Origin: Actinomycetota bacterium
GTDB taxonomy: Bacteria; Actinomycetota; Acidimicrobiia; Acidimicrobiales; Poriferisodalaceae
Length of the DNA stretch: 24,000 bases
NCBI GenBank assembly: GCA_039818945.1
Contig: JBCBSZ010000001.1
Location: 1 to 24,000 of the forward strand
Reading direction: 5' to 3'
A model generated the notes under the pieces. That model was not told the origin of the DNA. It did not search any database and saw nothing but the letters and a program-made list of their open reading frames with translations. Within the stretch, counting starts at the first letter, position 1. Each line of letters begins with the position of its first letter. Below, piece after piece: positions 7,111 to 14,757 of this stretch. A program made the position numbers and the translations under genes.

Positions 7111-8643
7111 ATGACGATCGACGAGCTCCGTGAGCAGGTGCGATCGGTCATCGACGATCCGACGCTGTCGTTCCACCTCCGCCGCCACCACCTCGCCGGC
7201 CTGGCGGAGTCGATCCTCCCCTACCCCGCGCTGAGCGACCGGTGCCGGGAGGCGCTCGACAAGGGCGTGATCTGCGACCTGTTCGAGGGCAACGCCCCGT
7301 ACCGGCCCCGCTACCTGCTCCCCGACTACGCCAGGGCGCTGGCCCAGGGTTTCGCCTTCCTCGAGCTCGAACCGCCCGACGACCTCGACGATGCGCTGGC
7401 GTTCCTGCTCATCATGTACACGCAGGTCCCGTCGATCACCGGCCATCCGGTCTACCTCGGCGACCTCGACTCCCTGCTGCTCCCGTACACCGCCGAGGTC
7501 TCCGACGAGCACCTGTACCGGTCGCTGCGCCGGTTCTGGATCTCGCTCGACCGGATGCTCCCCGACGCCTTCGTGCACACCAACATCGGGCCGGCGGACA
7601 ACCGGGTCGCCCGGACGATCCTGCGGCTCGAGCGCGAGCTCGACCAGATCGTCCCGAACGTGACGCTCAAGGTCGACCCGGAGCTCACGCCGGACGATCT
7701 CGTCGAGGACGCCGTCCGGACGGTCTTCGAGTGCGGCAAGCCGCACTTCGTCAATCACCCGATGATGGTGCGCGACCTCGGCGAGAGCTACGGCGTGGTC
7801 AGCTGCTACAACTCGCTGCCCGTCGGGGGCGGGGCGCACACCCTGGTGCGGCTCAACCTGCTCGAGGTGGTGCGTCGCCACGAGGGCGACCTCGACCGGT
7901 TCTTCGCCGAGACGCTGCCGGATCACGTCGAGCTGTGCGCCGAGCTGATCGAGGCCCGGGTGCGCCACCTCGTCGAGGTCAACCGCTTCTTCGAGCACGA
8001 CTTCCTCGCCGTCGAGGGGCTCCTGGATCTCGAGCGCTTCACGGCCATGTACGGCATCTTCGGTGTCGCCGAGGCGGTCGACCTGCTGATGGAGCACGAG
8101 GGCAGCGACGCCCGCTACGGCCACGACGCCGAGGCCAACCAGCTGTCCTACCGGCTGACCGAGGCCATCGCCGAGCTGGTCGCCGCCCGCCCGATGCCAC
8201 ACACCGCGGGCTCCGGCGGCCGGTGCCTGCTGCACTCCCAGTCGGGCATCGACAGCGACGAGGGGGTCACCGCCGGCACCCGGATCCCGATCGGGACCGA
8301 GCCCAGCATGTGGGAGCACATCGCCGCCGTCGCCCCCCACCACACACTCTTCGGCGCCGGCGTCTCCGACATCTTCCACGTGGAGGACACCGCCCGTCGC
8401 AACCCGCGGGCGATGGTCGACATCATCCGCGGTGCGCTCACGCAGGGCATGCGCGACTTCACGTTCAACCTCGCCACCAACGGCTTCGTCCGCATCACCG
8501 GCTACCTCGTGCGGAAGGCCGACCTCGAGTCGTTCGAGGAGTGCGGTGGACGCCACGGCAGCACCACCTTCGCCGCCGGCTCGATGCGCAACGCCGACGT
8601 GTCGCGCCGGGCCGTGAAGCGGGTGAGCGGCCGTGAGCGCTGA
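7111..8643 (+). CDS. yjjI: Glycyl-radical enzyme, YjjI-like (DUF3029-type short GRE), substrate unknown
   Basis: 510 aa. The C-terminal FVRITGYLVRK matches the glycyl-radical fingerprint R-[VI]-x-G-[YF] (compare PFL IRVSGYAVRF). The Gly464 codon is at 8500-8502. Candidate thiyl loop is VVSCYNSLPVGGG (Cys232). The gene is immediately followed by, and overlaps, a GRE-activase gene. Size and pairing match the E. coli YjjI/YjjW arrangement as I remember it. SD GAGG lies 7-8 nt before the ATG. Confidence 0.72.
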   Translation: MTIDELREQVRSVIDDPTLSFHLRRHHLAGLAESILPYPALSDRCREALDKGVICDLFEGNAPYRPRYLLPDYARALAQGFAFLELEPPDDLDDALAFLLIMYTQVPSITGHPVYLGDLDSLLLPYTAEVSDEHLYRSLRRFWISLDRMLPDAFVHTNIGPADNRVARTILRLERELDQIVPNVTLKVDPELTPDDLVEDAVRTVFECGKPHFVNHPMMVRDLGESYGVVSCYNSLPVGGGAHTLVRLNLLEVVRRHEGDLDRFFAETLPDHVELCAELIEARVRHLVEVNRFFEHDFLAVEGLLDLERFTAMYGIFGVAEAVDLLMEHEGSDARYGHDAEANQLSYRLTEAIAELVAARPMPHTAGSGGRCLLHSQSGIDSDEGVTAGTRIPIGTEPSMWEHIAAVAPHHTLFGAGVSDIFHVEDTARRNPRAMVDIIRGALTQGMRDFTFNLATNGFVRITGYLVRKADLESFEECGGRHGSTTFAAGSMRNADVSRRAVKRVSGRER

Positions 8644-9493
8644 GCGGCGGGGGTTGGTCAACCGCTGCCTGCCGTTCAGCATGGTCGACGGTCCGGGCAA
8701 CCGGTTCGTCGTGTTCCTGCAGGGCTGCAACTACGACTGCGTCGGGTGCCACAACCCCCACACGATCAACGCCTGCAACGGGTGCGACGTGTGCGTCGAG
8801 GCCTGCCCCGAGCTGGCGCTCACGATGCGCCCCGGCGCACCGCCCGCGCTCGATCTCGACGCCTGCACCGACTGCGACCGATGCGTCGAGGAGTGCGGCT
8901 TCGACTCGACCCCGCTGGCGCGCGAGCTCACGGTGGCCGAGCTGCTCGATCGGGTCCGCCCCCACGCTCCGTTCCTCTCCGGCATCACCGTCTCCGGCGG
9001 CGAGGCGACGCTGCAGGCCGGGTTCGTCCGCGACCTCTTCGCCGCGACCAAGGCCGATCCCGAGCTGCGGCACCTCACGACCATGGTCGACACGAACGGC
9101 TCGGCGCCGCAGGAGGTCTGGGACCTGCTCGCCCCGGTCACCGACGGCTTCCTCGTCGACCTGAAGGCCTGGGATCCGGCCGTGCACCAGCGCCTGACGA
9201 GCGCCCCCATCGGTCCGGTGCTCGACTCGATCGCCCACCTGGCCGCGCTCGACCTGCTCCACGAGGTCCGGATGCTGATCGTCGGCGACGAGAACGACCG
9301 GCACGGCGACGTCACCGCCGCCGCTGCCTGGCTGCGCTCCGTCGCCCCCGACGTGCCGGTCAAGATGTACGGCTTCCGCCATCACGGGACCCGGCCCCAG
9401 GCGGCCTCCCTCCGGGAGCCGACCGGCGAGGAGCTGCGCCACCTCGCCGAGATCGTCCGCACCACCGGCGAGCGCGAGGTCGTGCTCGTCTGA
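8633..9493 (+). CDS. yjjW: Glycyl-radical enzyme activating protein (radical SAM, YjjW-like)
   Basis: 286 aa. Radical-SAM cluster GCNYDCVGCHNP (CxxxCxxC followed by the HNP typical of GRE activases). Two ferredoxin-like Cys motifs (CNGCDVCVEACP, CTDCDRCVEEC). SAM-binding-type GITVSGGEATLQ. The GTG start overlaps the GRE stop by 11 nt. Confidence 0.85.
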   Translation: MSAERRGLVNRCLPFSMVDGPGNRFVVFLQGCNYDCVGCHNPHTINACNGCDVCVEACPELALTMRPGAPPALDLDACTDCDRCVEECGFDSTPLARELTVAELLDRVRPHAPFLSGITVSGGEATLQAGFVRDLFAATKADPELRHLTTMVDTNGSAPQEVWDLLAPVTDGFLVDLKAWDPAVHQRLTSAPIGPVLDSIAHLAALDLLHEVRMLIVGDENDRHGDVTAAAAWLRSVAPDVPVKMYGFRHHGTRPQAASLREPTGEELRHLAEIVRTTGEREVVLV

Positions 9494-9508
9494 ACCGCGG
9501 TCCCGGCG

Positions 9509-10429
9509 ATGGGTACCGTCGTCGGCATGGCCGTCGACCTCGAGCTGCTCCGCTCGTTCGTCGCGGTCGCCGAGGAGGGCCACGTCGGACGGGCCGCAGC
9601 GCGGCTCTACGTCTCGCAGCCGGCCCTGACCAAGCGGCTCCACCGACTCGAGGAGCAGGTCGGCGCCTCCCTGTTGCAACGGGCCGGTCGCGGCATCGAG
9701 CTCACCGAGGCCGGACGGTCGCTGGCCGATGAAGCGTCCTCGATTGTGGCCACCGCCGACGCCGCGGTCGAGCGGGCCCGGCACGTCGCCGGTGGAACCG
9801 CCGACCAGATCTCGATCGGCTTCGTCGCGCCGATGCCCCACGAGATCACCACCGACCTGCTCCGAGCCGCCCGCGACCGGCCGGGGCCCGACGTCGCGCT
9901 CCGCTCGCTCGCGTGGGACGAGCAGCTGGCCTCGGTGCTCGCCGGCGCCGTCGACGTCGCCCTGGTGCGGGGACCGATCGAGGGACTTCCCGAGGCCGGC
10001 CGGATCGGCGACGGCCTGCGCTGCGAGCTGCTCTTCGAGGAGCGGCGGGTCGCCGCGTTCGCCGTCGATCACCCGCGGGCGACGGAGGACGTGATCGAGC
10101 TGGCCGACCTGGCCGACGAACCGATCGTCGCACCCGAGGTGAACACGAGCTACTGGACGGTCGACCCGAGACCCGACGGCCGATCACCCCGACTCGGTCC
10201 GGCCGTGTCGACGGTCGTGGAGATGCTCGAGGTCGTCGCATCGGGACAGGCGATGGTCCTGACCGCCGAGTCGGTGAGCACCTACTACCAGCGACCCGAC
10301 GTGGCCTACGTGCCGGTCGCCGACCTCTCGCCGTCGACCGTGCACCTCGTCTCGGGCGACCCGCCGACGGCAGCGGTCGCCGAGCTGACCGAGGAGATCA
10401 GGGAGCGATCGGCACCGCTGCGGGGGTGA
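9509..10429 (+). CDS. LysR-family transcriptional regulator
   Basis: N-terminal HTH LELLRSFVAVAEEGHVGRAAARLYVSQPALTKRLHRLEEQVGASLLQR plus a LysR substrate-binding-type C-terminal half. Start is ATG 9509 or ATG 9527. Confidence 0.9.
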   Translation: MGTVVGMAVDLELLRSFVAVAEEGHVGRAAARLYVSQPALTKRLHRLEEQVGASLLQRAGRGIELTEAGRSLADEASSIVATADAAVERARHVAGGTADQISIGFVAPMPHEITTDLLRAARDRPGPDVALRSLAWDEQLASVLAGAVDVALVRGPIEGLPEAGRIGDGLRCELLFEERRVAAFAVDHPRATEDVIELADLADEPIVAPEVNTSYWTVDPRPDGRSPRLGPAVSTVVEMLEVVASGQAMVLTAESVSTYYQRPDVAYVPVADLSPSTVHLVSGDPPTAAVAELTEEIRERSAPLRG

Positions 10430-10441
10430 CAGACTCCCCCG

Positions 10442-11986
10442 GTGGCCGACGACCAGACGTTCCACGACGACATCGAGGGGTACTGCGGCCGACTGAGCCA
10501 TCGCCCAGGTGAGACCGCCCAGCTCCACGTCTCGACCCGAGCTGACCGGTACGACGTGACCGTCGAGCGGTGGGGAGCAGAGCGTGAGCTCGTCTGGTCG
10601 GCGGCCGGGCTGACGGGGGTCTGGACGCCGCCGCCCGACGATGCCGACGCCGCGGGCTGCAGCTGGCCGGTCTCGGTCGAGATCCCGATCGGCGAGGGGT
10701 GGCGCAGCGGCTTCCACCTCGTCACGCTCACCGCGGTCGGTGCCGAACCCGGCCGAGACGTCGCCCACGCCGGCTTCGTGGTCCGCGGTCCGATCGACGT
10801 CGACGAGCGAGCCCCGATGCTGCTCGTGCTCGAGACGAACACCTGGAACGCCTACAACACCTGGGGCGGACGCAGCCTCTACACCGGTGGGCACCGCGTG
10901 TCGTTCGAGCGGCCGTTCGGCCGCGGGATGCTCTGTCGGCCGGAGATCGACCGCGACGACCGCAAGGCCCGTCCGGTCCGCTGGCGGGAGACCCCCGACG
11001 CCGACGGTCTGATCTTCCAGGAGCACCGCACGGCCAACGCCTACCCGTCGGCGATCGGCTCGACCGGCTGGTTCACCCACCCCCGCCGGTTCGTCGAGTG
11101 GGCCGAGGCCGCGGGCTACCGCTTCGACGTGGCGGTCTCGACCGATCTCGACACCGATCCGGAGGCGCTCGACGGCTACGAGCTCGTCGTGAGCGTCGGC
11201 CACGACGAGTACTGGTCGGCTCCCCAGCGCGACGCGATCGAGGCCCACGTCCGCAGCGGCGGAGCCTTCGCCTCGTTCTCCGGCAACACGATGTTCTGGC
11301 AGGTCCGCCACGAGGGCTCGTCCATGGTGTGCCACAAGTACCGGGCGCACCTCGACGACCCGGTCGTCGCCGAGGGCCGGGTCGCGGAGGCGACCGGGAT
11401 GTGGGCCGACCCGATCGTCGGCCGGCCCGAGTGGTCGCTGCTCGGCGCCGGCTCCGCCTTCGGCCTCTACCACCGCTTCGGTCAGGCGACCGCCCGCGGC
11501 GTCGGTGGGTTCGTCGTCTACCGGGCCGACCACTGGTTGGTGGAGGGCACGGGTCTGCGCTACGGCGACGTGCTCGGCGCCGACGACGGCGTCGTCGGCT
11601 ATGAGACGCTCGGCTGCCCGATCACCCTCGACGAGCTACAGCTGCCCGTGCCCTGGCCCCGCGACGACCTGCCCGCCGACCTCGAGATCGTCGGCCACGT
11701 CGCGTCGAGCAACCTCGGCGTCGGCGAGTACCCGAAGTCGATCGCGGCGCTCAGCGACCAGGGCGATCTGGAGTTCATCGCCACCCGACTCCACGGCGAC
11801 ACGAGCGAGCGCAACCTCGCACGGGTGCGCAACGGCAACGCCGTGATGGCGGTCGGACGCCCGTTCGGCCCGGGCGGCGGCGAGGTCGTGACGGTCGGGA
11901 CGACGGACTGGGTCTTCGGTCTGGCCGACGATCCCGCCGTCGCCCGCGTGACCGCGAACGTCCTCGATCGACACCGGTCGGGGTAG
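10442..11986 (+). CDS. N,N-dimethylformamidase large-subunit-like (DUF6605-type) family protein
   Basis: Motifs I associate with this family: LLVLETNTWNAYNTWGG, VSVGHDEYWSAPQRD, ASFSGNTMFWQVR, VVGYETLG. 514 aa. GTG start 12 nt after the LysR stop. The family assignment is from memory and was not searched. Confidence 0.55.
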   Translation: MADDQTFHDDIEGYCGRLSHRPGETAQLHVSTRADRYDVTVERWGAERELVWSAAGLTGVWTPPPDDADAAGCSWPVSVEIPIGEGWRSGFHLVTLTAVGAEPGRDVAHAGFVVRGPIDVDERAPMLLVLETNTWNAYNTWGGRSLYTGGHRVSFERPFGRGMLCRPEIDRDDRKARPVRWRETPDADGLIFQEHRTANAYPSAIGSTGWFTHPRRFVEWAEAAGYRFDVAVSTDLDTDPEALDGYELVVSVGHDEYWSAPQRDAIEAHVRSGGAFASFSGNTMFWQVRHEGSSMVCHKYRAHLDDPVVAEGRVAEATGMWADPIVGRPEWSLLGAGSAFGLYHRFGQATARGVGGFVVYRADHWLVEGTGLRYGDVLGADDGVVGYETLGCPITLDELQLPVPWPRDDLPADLEIVGHVASSNLGVGEYPKSIAALSDQGDLEFIATRLHGDTSERNLARVRNGNAVMAVGRPFGPGGGEVVTVGTTDWVFGLADDPAVARVTANVLDRHRSG

Positions 11987-12022
11987 GCACCGCCGCGGGA
12001 TCTCCCTCGGACCTGGCCGGAC

Positions 12023-12046
12023 GCGGTGCCGGCCCCGGGGCACCGC
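12023..12046 (+). terminator. Hairpin after the DMFase-like gene (candidate terminator)
   Basis: GCGGTGCC (12023-12030), an 8-nt loop, then GGCACCGC (12039-12046), 37 nt after the TAG at 11984-11986. No U-tract. Confidence 0.25.
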
Positions 12047-12102
12047 CACTACCGTCGGGGCCCGATGAGGAGGACTCGACGCCCCCGGAGGCGCATCGCA
12101 CC

Positions 12103-13344
12103 GTGAGCGCCTGCGGCTCCTGCGGCCACCCGCTCCGCGACGACGATGCGTTCTGCTCGAGCTGTGGGGCTCGCCGGGAGCCGGCGGTCGTCAGCCTGAC
12201 CGGGGGCGGTGAGACCGCGGTCGAGCAGCGGACGGTGGTCGGGGCTCGCCGTCGCAACCTGGTGCCGCTCGTCGCCGTCGTCGCGCTCCTCGCCGTCGCC
12301 GGCCTCGTGGCGCTGTCGCGGTCGACCGACGAGCCGGAGGCCGAGGCGTCGCCGACCACGACGATCGCCTCGCCACCGACCGAACCACCAACCACCGAGC
12401 CCGCACCGCCGCCGCCCGACCCGGTCGGCGACGACGAGGACCTCGTGCTCGACGGTCTCGACCAGCTCGGCCTGGGACCGAACCGGCTCGCGGTGCGCTC
12501 CGGCGAGGTCGTGTTCACCTACGACCCCGACGCCGGCTCGCTGCTCGCCCGCCACGACCTCACCCGATCGAGCGGCGGCGACATCTGGTTCGGCGACGAC
12601 GAGCTGATCATGCGGAGCCAGGGTCAGACCGGACCGGGCATGTCGGTCCTCGAGCTCGACACCGGCCGCTTCCGCAACTACGTCGGCATCAACTTCATCG
12701 TCAGCGACGCCTCCGCCGACCTGGTGGTGGGCCAGGAGTTCGGTCGCTTCTTCGGTGGTGGACGATGGGCGGTCGTCGACGTGGACGGGTTCTCGATCGA
12801 CCGGGTCGAGATCGCCGGCACACCCGCCTTCACGTTCCTCGCCGCGGCCGGTGACGGCGTGCTGCTCGACGAGGGCGGCCAGATCGTGCACCTCCGCGAC
12901 GGCGAGCGCACCGCCCTCGGCTCCGGCACCCTCATCTCGTGGTCCGAAGAAGCCGCCCTCATCGGCACCTGCGACGCCGAGCTCGACTGCCGGACCCGAT
13001 CGGTCGCCTTCGACGGCAGCGACATCGTCGAGGGGCCCGGGCTGACCCTGCCGCCGCTCTCGCTCGGTGGTGAGGTGCGGTGGCTCTCGCCCGACGGTCG
13101 GATCCTCGCCGCGGTCGACCCCGCCGCTCGCCTGCTCGACCTGATCGACGTCGAGACCGGGGAGTCCCTCCCCCACGAGCTGGGCCGGACCGGGACCCAC
13201 TCGCTGCTCTGGACCCCGGACTCGACCAGGGTGATCGTGGCCGACGACGACGCCGTCGCCGTCGTCGACGTCGCCTCGGGCGCCGTGGTCAGCGCCCCCG
13301 CATCGGCGAGGGTGGACCAGGTCGGCTTCGTCGACCCGACCTGA
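12103..13344 (+). CDS. Zinc-ribbon / single-TM / PD40-type beta-propeller membrane protein, function unknown
   Basis: N-terminal CGSCGHPL-x9-CSSCG zinc ribbon. TM helix LVPLVAVVALLAVAGLVAL. Pro/Thr linker PPTEPPTTEPAPPPPDP. C-terminal repeats of the WLSPDGRILAAV / LLWTPDSTRVIVAD (TolB/PD40-like) type. GTG start, with GGAGG 11 nt upstream. Confidence 0.6.
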   Translation: MSACGSCGHPLRDDDAFCSSCGARREPAVVSLTGGGETAVEQRTVVGARRRNLVPLVAVVALLAVAGLVALSRSTDEPEAEASPTTTIASPPTEPPTTEPAPPPPDPVGDDEDLVLDGLDQLGLGPNRLAVRSGEVVFTYDPDAGSLLARHDLTRSSGGDIWFGDDELIMRSQGQTGPGMSVLELDTGRFRNYVGINFIVSDASADLVVGQEFGRFFGGGRWAVVDVDGFSIDRVEIAGTPAFTFLAAAGDGVLLDEGGQIVHLRDGERTALGSGTLISWSEEAALIGTCDAELDCRTRSVAFDGSDIVEGPGLTLPPLSLGGEVRWLSPDGRILAAVDPAARLLDLIDVETGESLPHELGRTGTHSLLWTPDSTRVIVADDDAVAVVDVASGAVVSAPASARVDQVGFVDPT

Positions 13345-13348
13345 CGGG

Positions 13349-13855
13349 TCACTCCGGGCGCTGCTTCGCCGCCTCCGGCGAGCGGGTCCACATGATCGCC
13401 GAGTCGAAGCTGAGCTTGTCGTCCGGCTCGAACTCGATGACGACCCGCGCCGGGCTGTCGAGGAAGCGCTGGAAGGTCGTCGCGGCCACCTCGTCGTCGG
13501 GCCGCAGACGGCGGGCGAACTCCGGGTAGAACCAGTCCTTCACGTCACGACCGGAGTGCACGGTGCACGACCCCTTGTAGGTGACGGTCTTGCCCGAGCC
13601 GAGCGGCGTCCCGAAGCTGCTGATGCACACCGAGGCCCGTGGGAACCGGCGGATCGCCGAGATCCGGGCGCGCCGCTCAGCGGCCGTGAGCCAGAGCTTC
13701 CCCTCCTTCGGGAGGTACGACATGATCACGCCGAACGCCTCGCCGGCCCGGTTCGTCCACATGAAGGTGCACTCGTTCTGGACGGCGAGGAGCTGCTCCT
13801 CGAGCTCGTCGCTCAGCGCGCACTCGGTCAGGTCCTCGTAGTTGTCGTCCGCCAT
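13349..13855 (-). CDS. Pyridoxamine 5'-phosphate oxidase (PPOX)-like split-barrel flavoprotein family protein
   Basis: 168 aa with good GC3. The pattern LSDELEEQLL...CTFMWTNRAGEAFGVIMSY...GKLWLTAAERRARISAIRRFPRASVCIS resembles PPOX/FMN- or F420-binding split-barrel proteins. It lies 22 nt downstream of the aldolase gene on the same strand. Confidence 0.5.
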   Translation of the reverse strand: MADDNYEDLTECALSDELEEQLLAVQNECTFMWTNRAGEAFGVIMSYLPKEGKLWLTAAERRARISAIRRFPRASVCISSFGTPLGSGKTVTYKGSCTVHSGRDVKDWFYPEFARRLRPDDEVAATTFQRFLDSPARVVIEFEPDDKLSFDSAIMWTRSPEAAKQRPE

Positions 13856-13877
13856 GGCGGCACCCTACGCGAGGCCC

Positions 13878-14750
13878 TCAGCAGACTCGGCGGGCCTCCG
13901 AGGTCGCCGACACCAGCATGTCGAACCGCTCCACACCGACCGACGAGAGACGGCCTCGTCGGTCTGGCGCGCCGATCGAGTCGCCCCAGATCGCGCGGCC
14001 CGCCATGAACCCGGAGCAGCCGTTCGCACAGGCCACCTCGGTCTGGCGGACGAACAGCTCGAAGGGGGCGCCCCACGACAGCACCGCCCAGGGTTGCCCG
14101 GTGACCTCGTCGACCCGACGACAGGCGTCGTCCCACCGCTCGGGATGGTCGGCCGCGGACGGGAAGGGCATCTTGATCACGTCGGGCCCGAGCGCCCCGA
14201 TGCGCTCGGCGGAGGCGACGATCGTGCGCTCGCGATCCTCGACGTCGACGACCTCGTACGGCACCGGCTCGACGAAGAGCGGGAGACCGACCTCGCCGCA
14301 CCCGTCGACGACCGAGCGGATCAGGTCGTCCTGGGCGGCCGTGACCTCGCCACGGTCGGGGCGGTACAGCACGAGCAGCTTGGCCGCGGACGCACCGACC
14401 TCGGCAGCACGGCGTGGGCTCCAGCCCTCGAGGAGTTGGTTGGTGACGACCCCGGCATCACCGAGGTACCCCTGCGCCTCGAGCGCGCACAGGGTGCCGA
14501 CCCCCGCGGGGACCAGCCCGGCCCGGAGGAGCTGATCGATGGACAGCTCGGGGTCGAGCATCACCGCCGAGGGGCGGTCGCCGAACACCTCGACGACATC
14601 GATCTTGAAGCGCACGAGCTCCTCGACCGACACGCCGTCGGGATCGTCGCGGTCGAACTCGACGCGCAACGAGTCGCGGTGGTCGATCGCCAGGACGGTC
14701 AGCCGGCCGTCGTCGTCGACGAGCGGCCGGAGCGCCTCGCGCCCGATCAC
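13878..14750 (-). CDS. Class I aldolase of the LacD/DUF2090 type; likely 5-dehydro-2-deoxyphosphogluconate (DKGP) aldolase of the inositol pathway
   Basis: LTVLAIDHRDSL near the N-terminus and GPDVIKMPFP (candidate Schiff-base Lys) resemble tagatose-bisphosphate/YihT-type class I aldolases and the DUF2090 domain fused to IolC in other bacteria. It sits directly after iolC-iolB. The GTG start is 8 nt after the iolB stop. Confidence 0.6.
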   Translation of the reverse strand: MIGREALRPLVDDDGRLTVLAIDHRDSLRVEFDRDDPDGVSVEELVRFKIDVVEVFGDRPSAVMLDPELSIDQLLRAGLVPAGVGTLCALEAQGYLGDAGVVTNQLLEGWSPRRAAEVGASAAKLLVLYRPDRGEVTAAQDDLIRSVVDGCGEVGLPLFVEPVPYEVVDVEDRERTIVASAERIGALGPDVIKMPFPSAADHPERWDDACRRVDEVTGQPWAVLSWGAPFELFVRQTEVACANGCSGFMAGRAIWGDSIGAPDRRGRLSSVGVERFDMLVSATSEARRVC

Positions 14751-14757
14751 CTCCGCA

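Noticed and set aside
8615-8632. Second RVSG tetrapeptide (AVKRVSGRER) at the extreme C-terminus of the GRE-like protein, as an alternative glycyl-radical site.
   Set aside because: It lacks the aromatic residue after Gly and the surrounding conserved context. RITGYLVR at 8491-8514 matches the fingerprint much better. The last codons overlap the activase start and may simply be constrained by it.
12065-12106. 13-codon upstream ORF (MRRTRRPRRRIAP) whose TGA overlaps the GTG start of the zinc-ribbon gene.
   Set aside because: It has no convincing SD, and its Arg-rich composition is typical of an off-frame GC-rich translation. It is most likely fortuitous.
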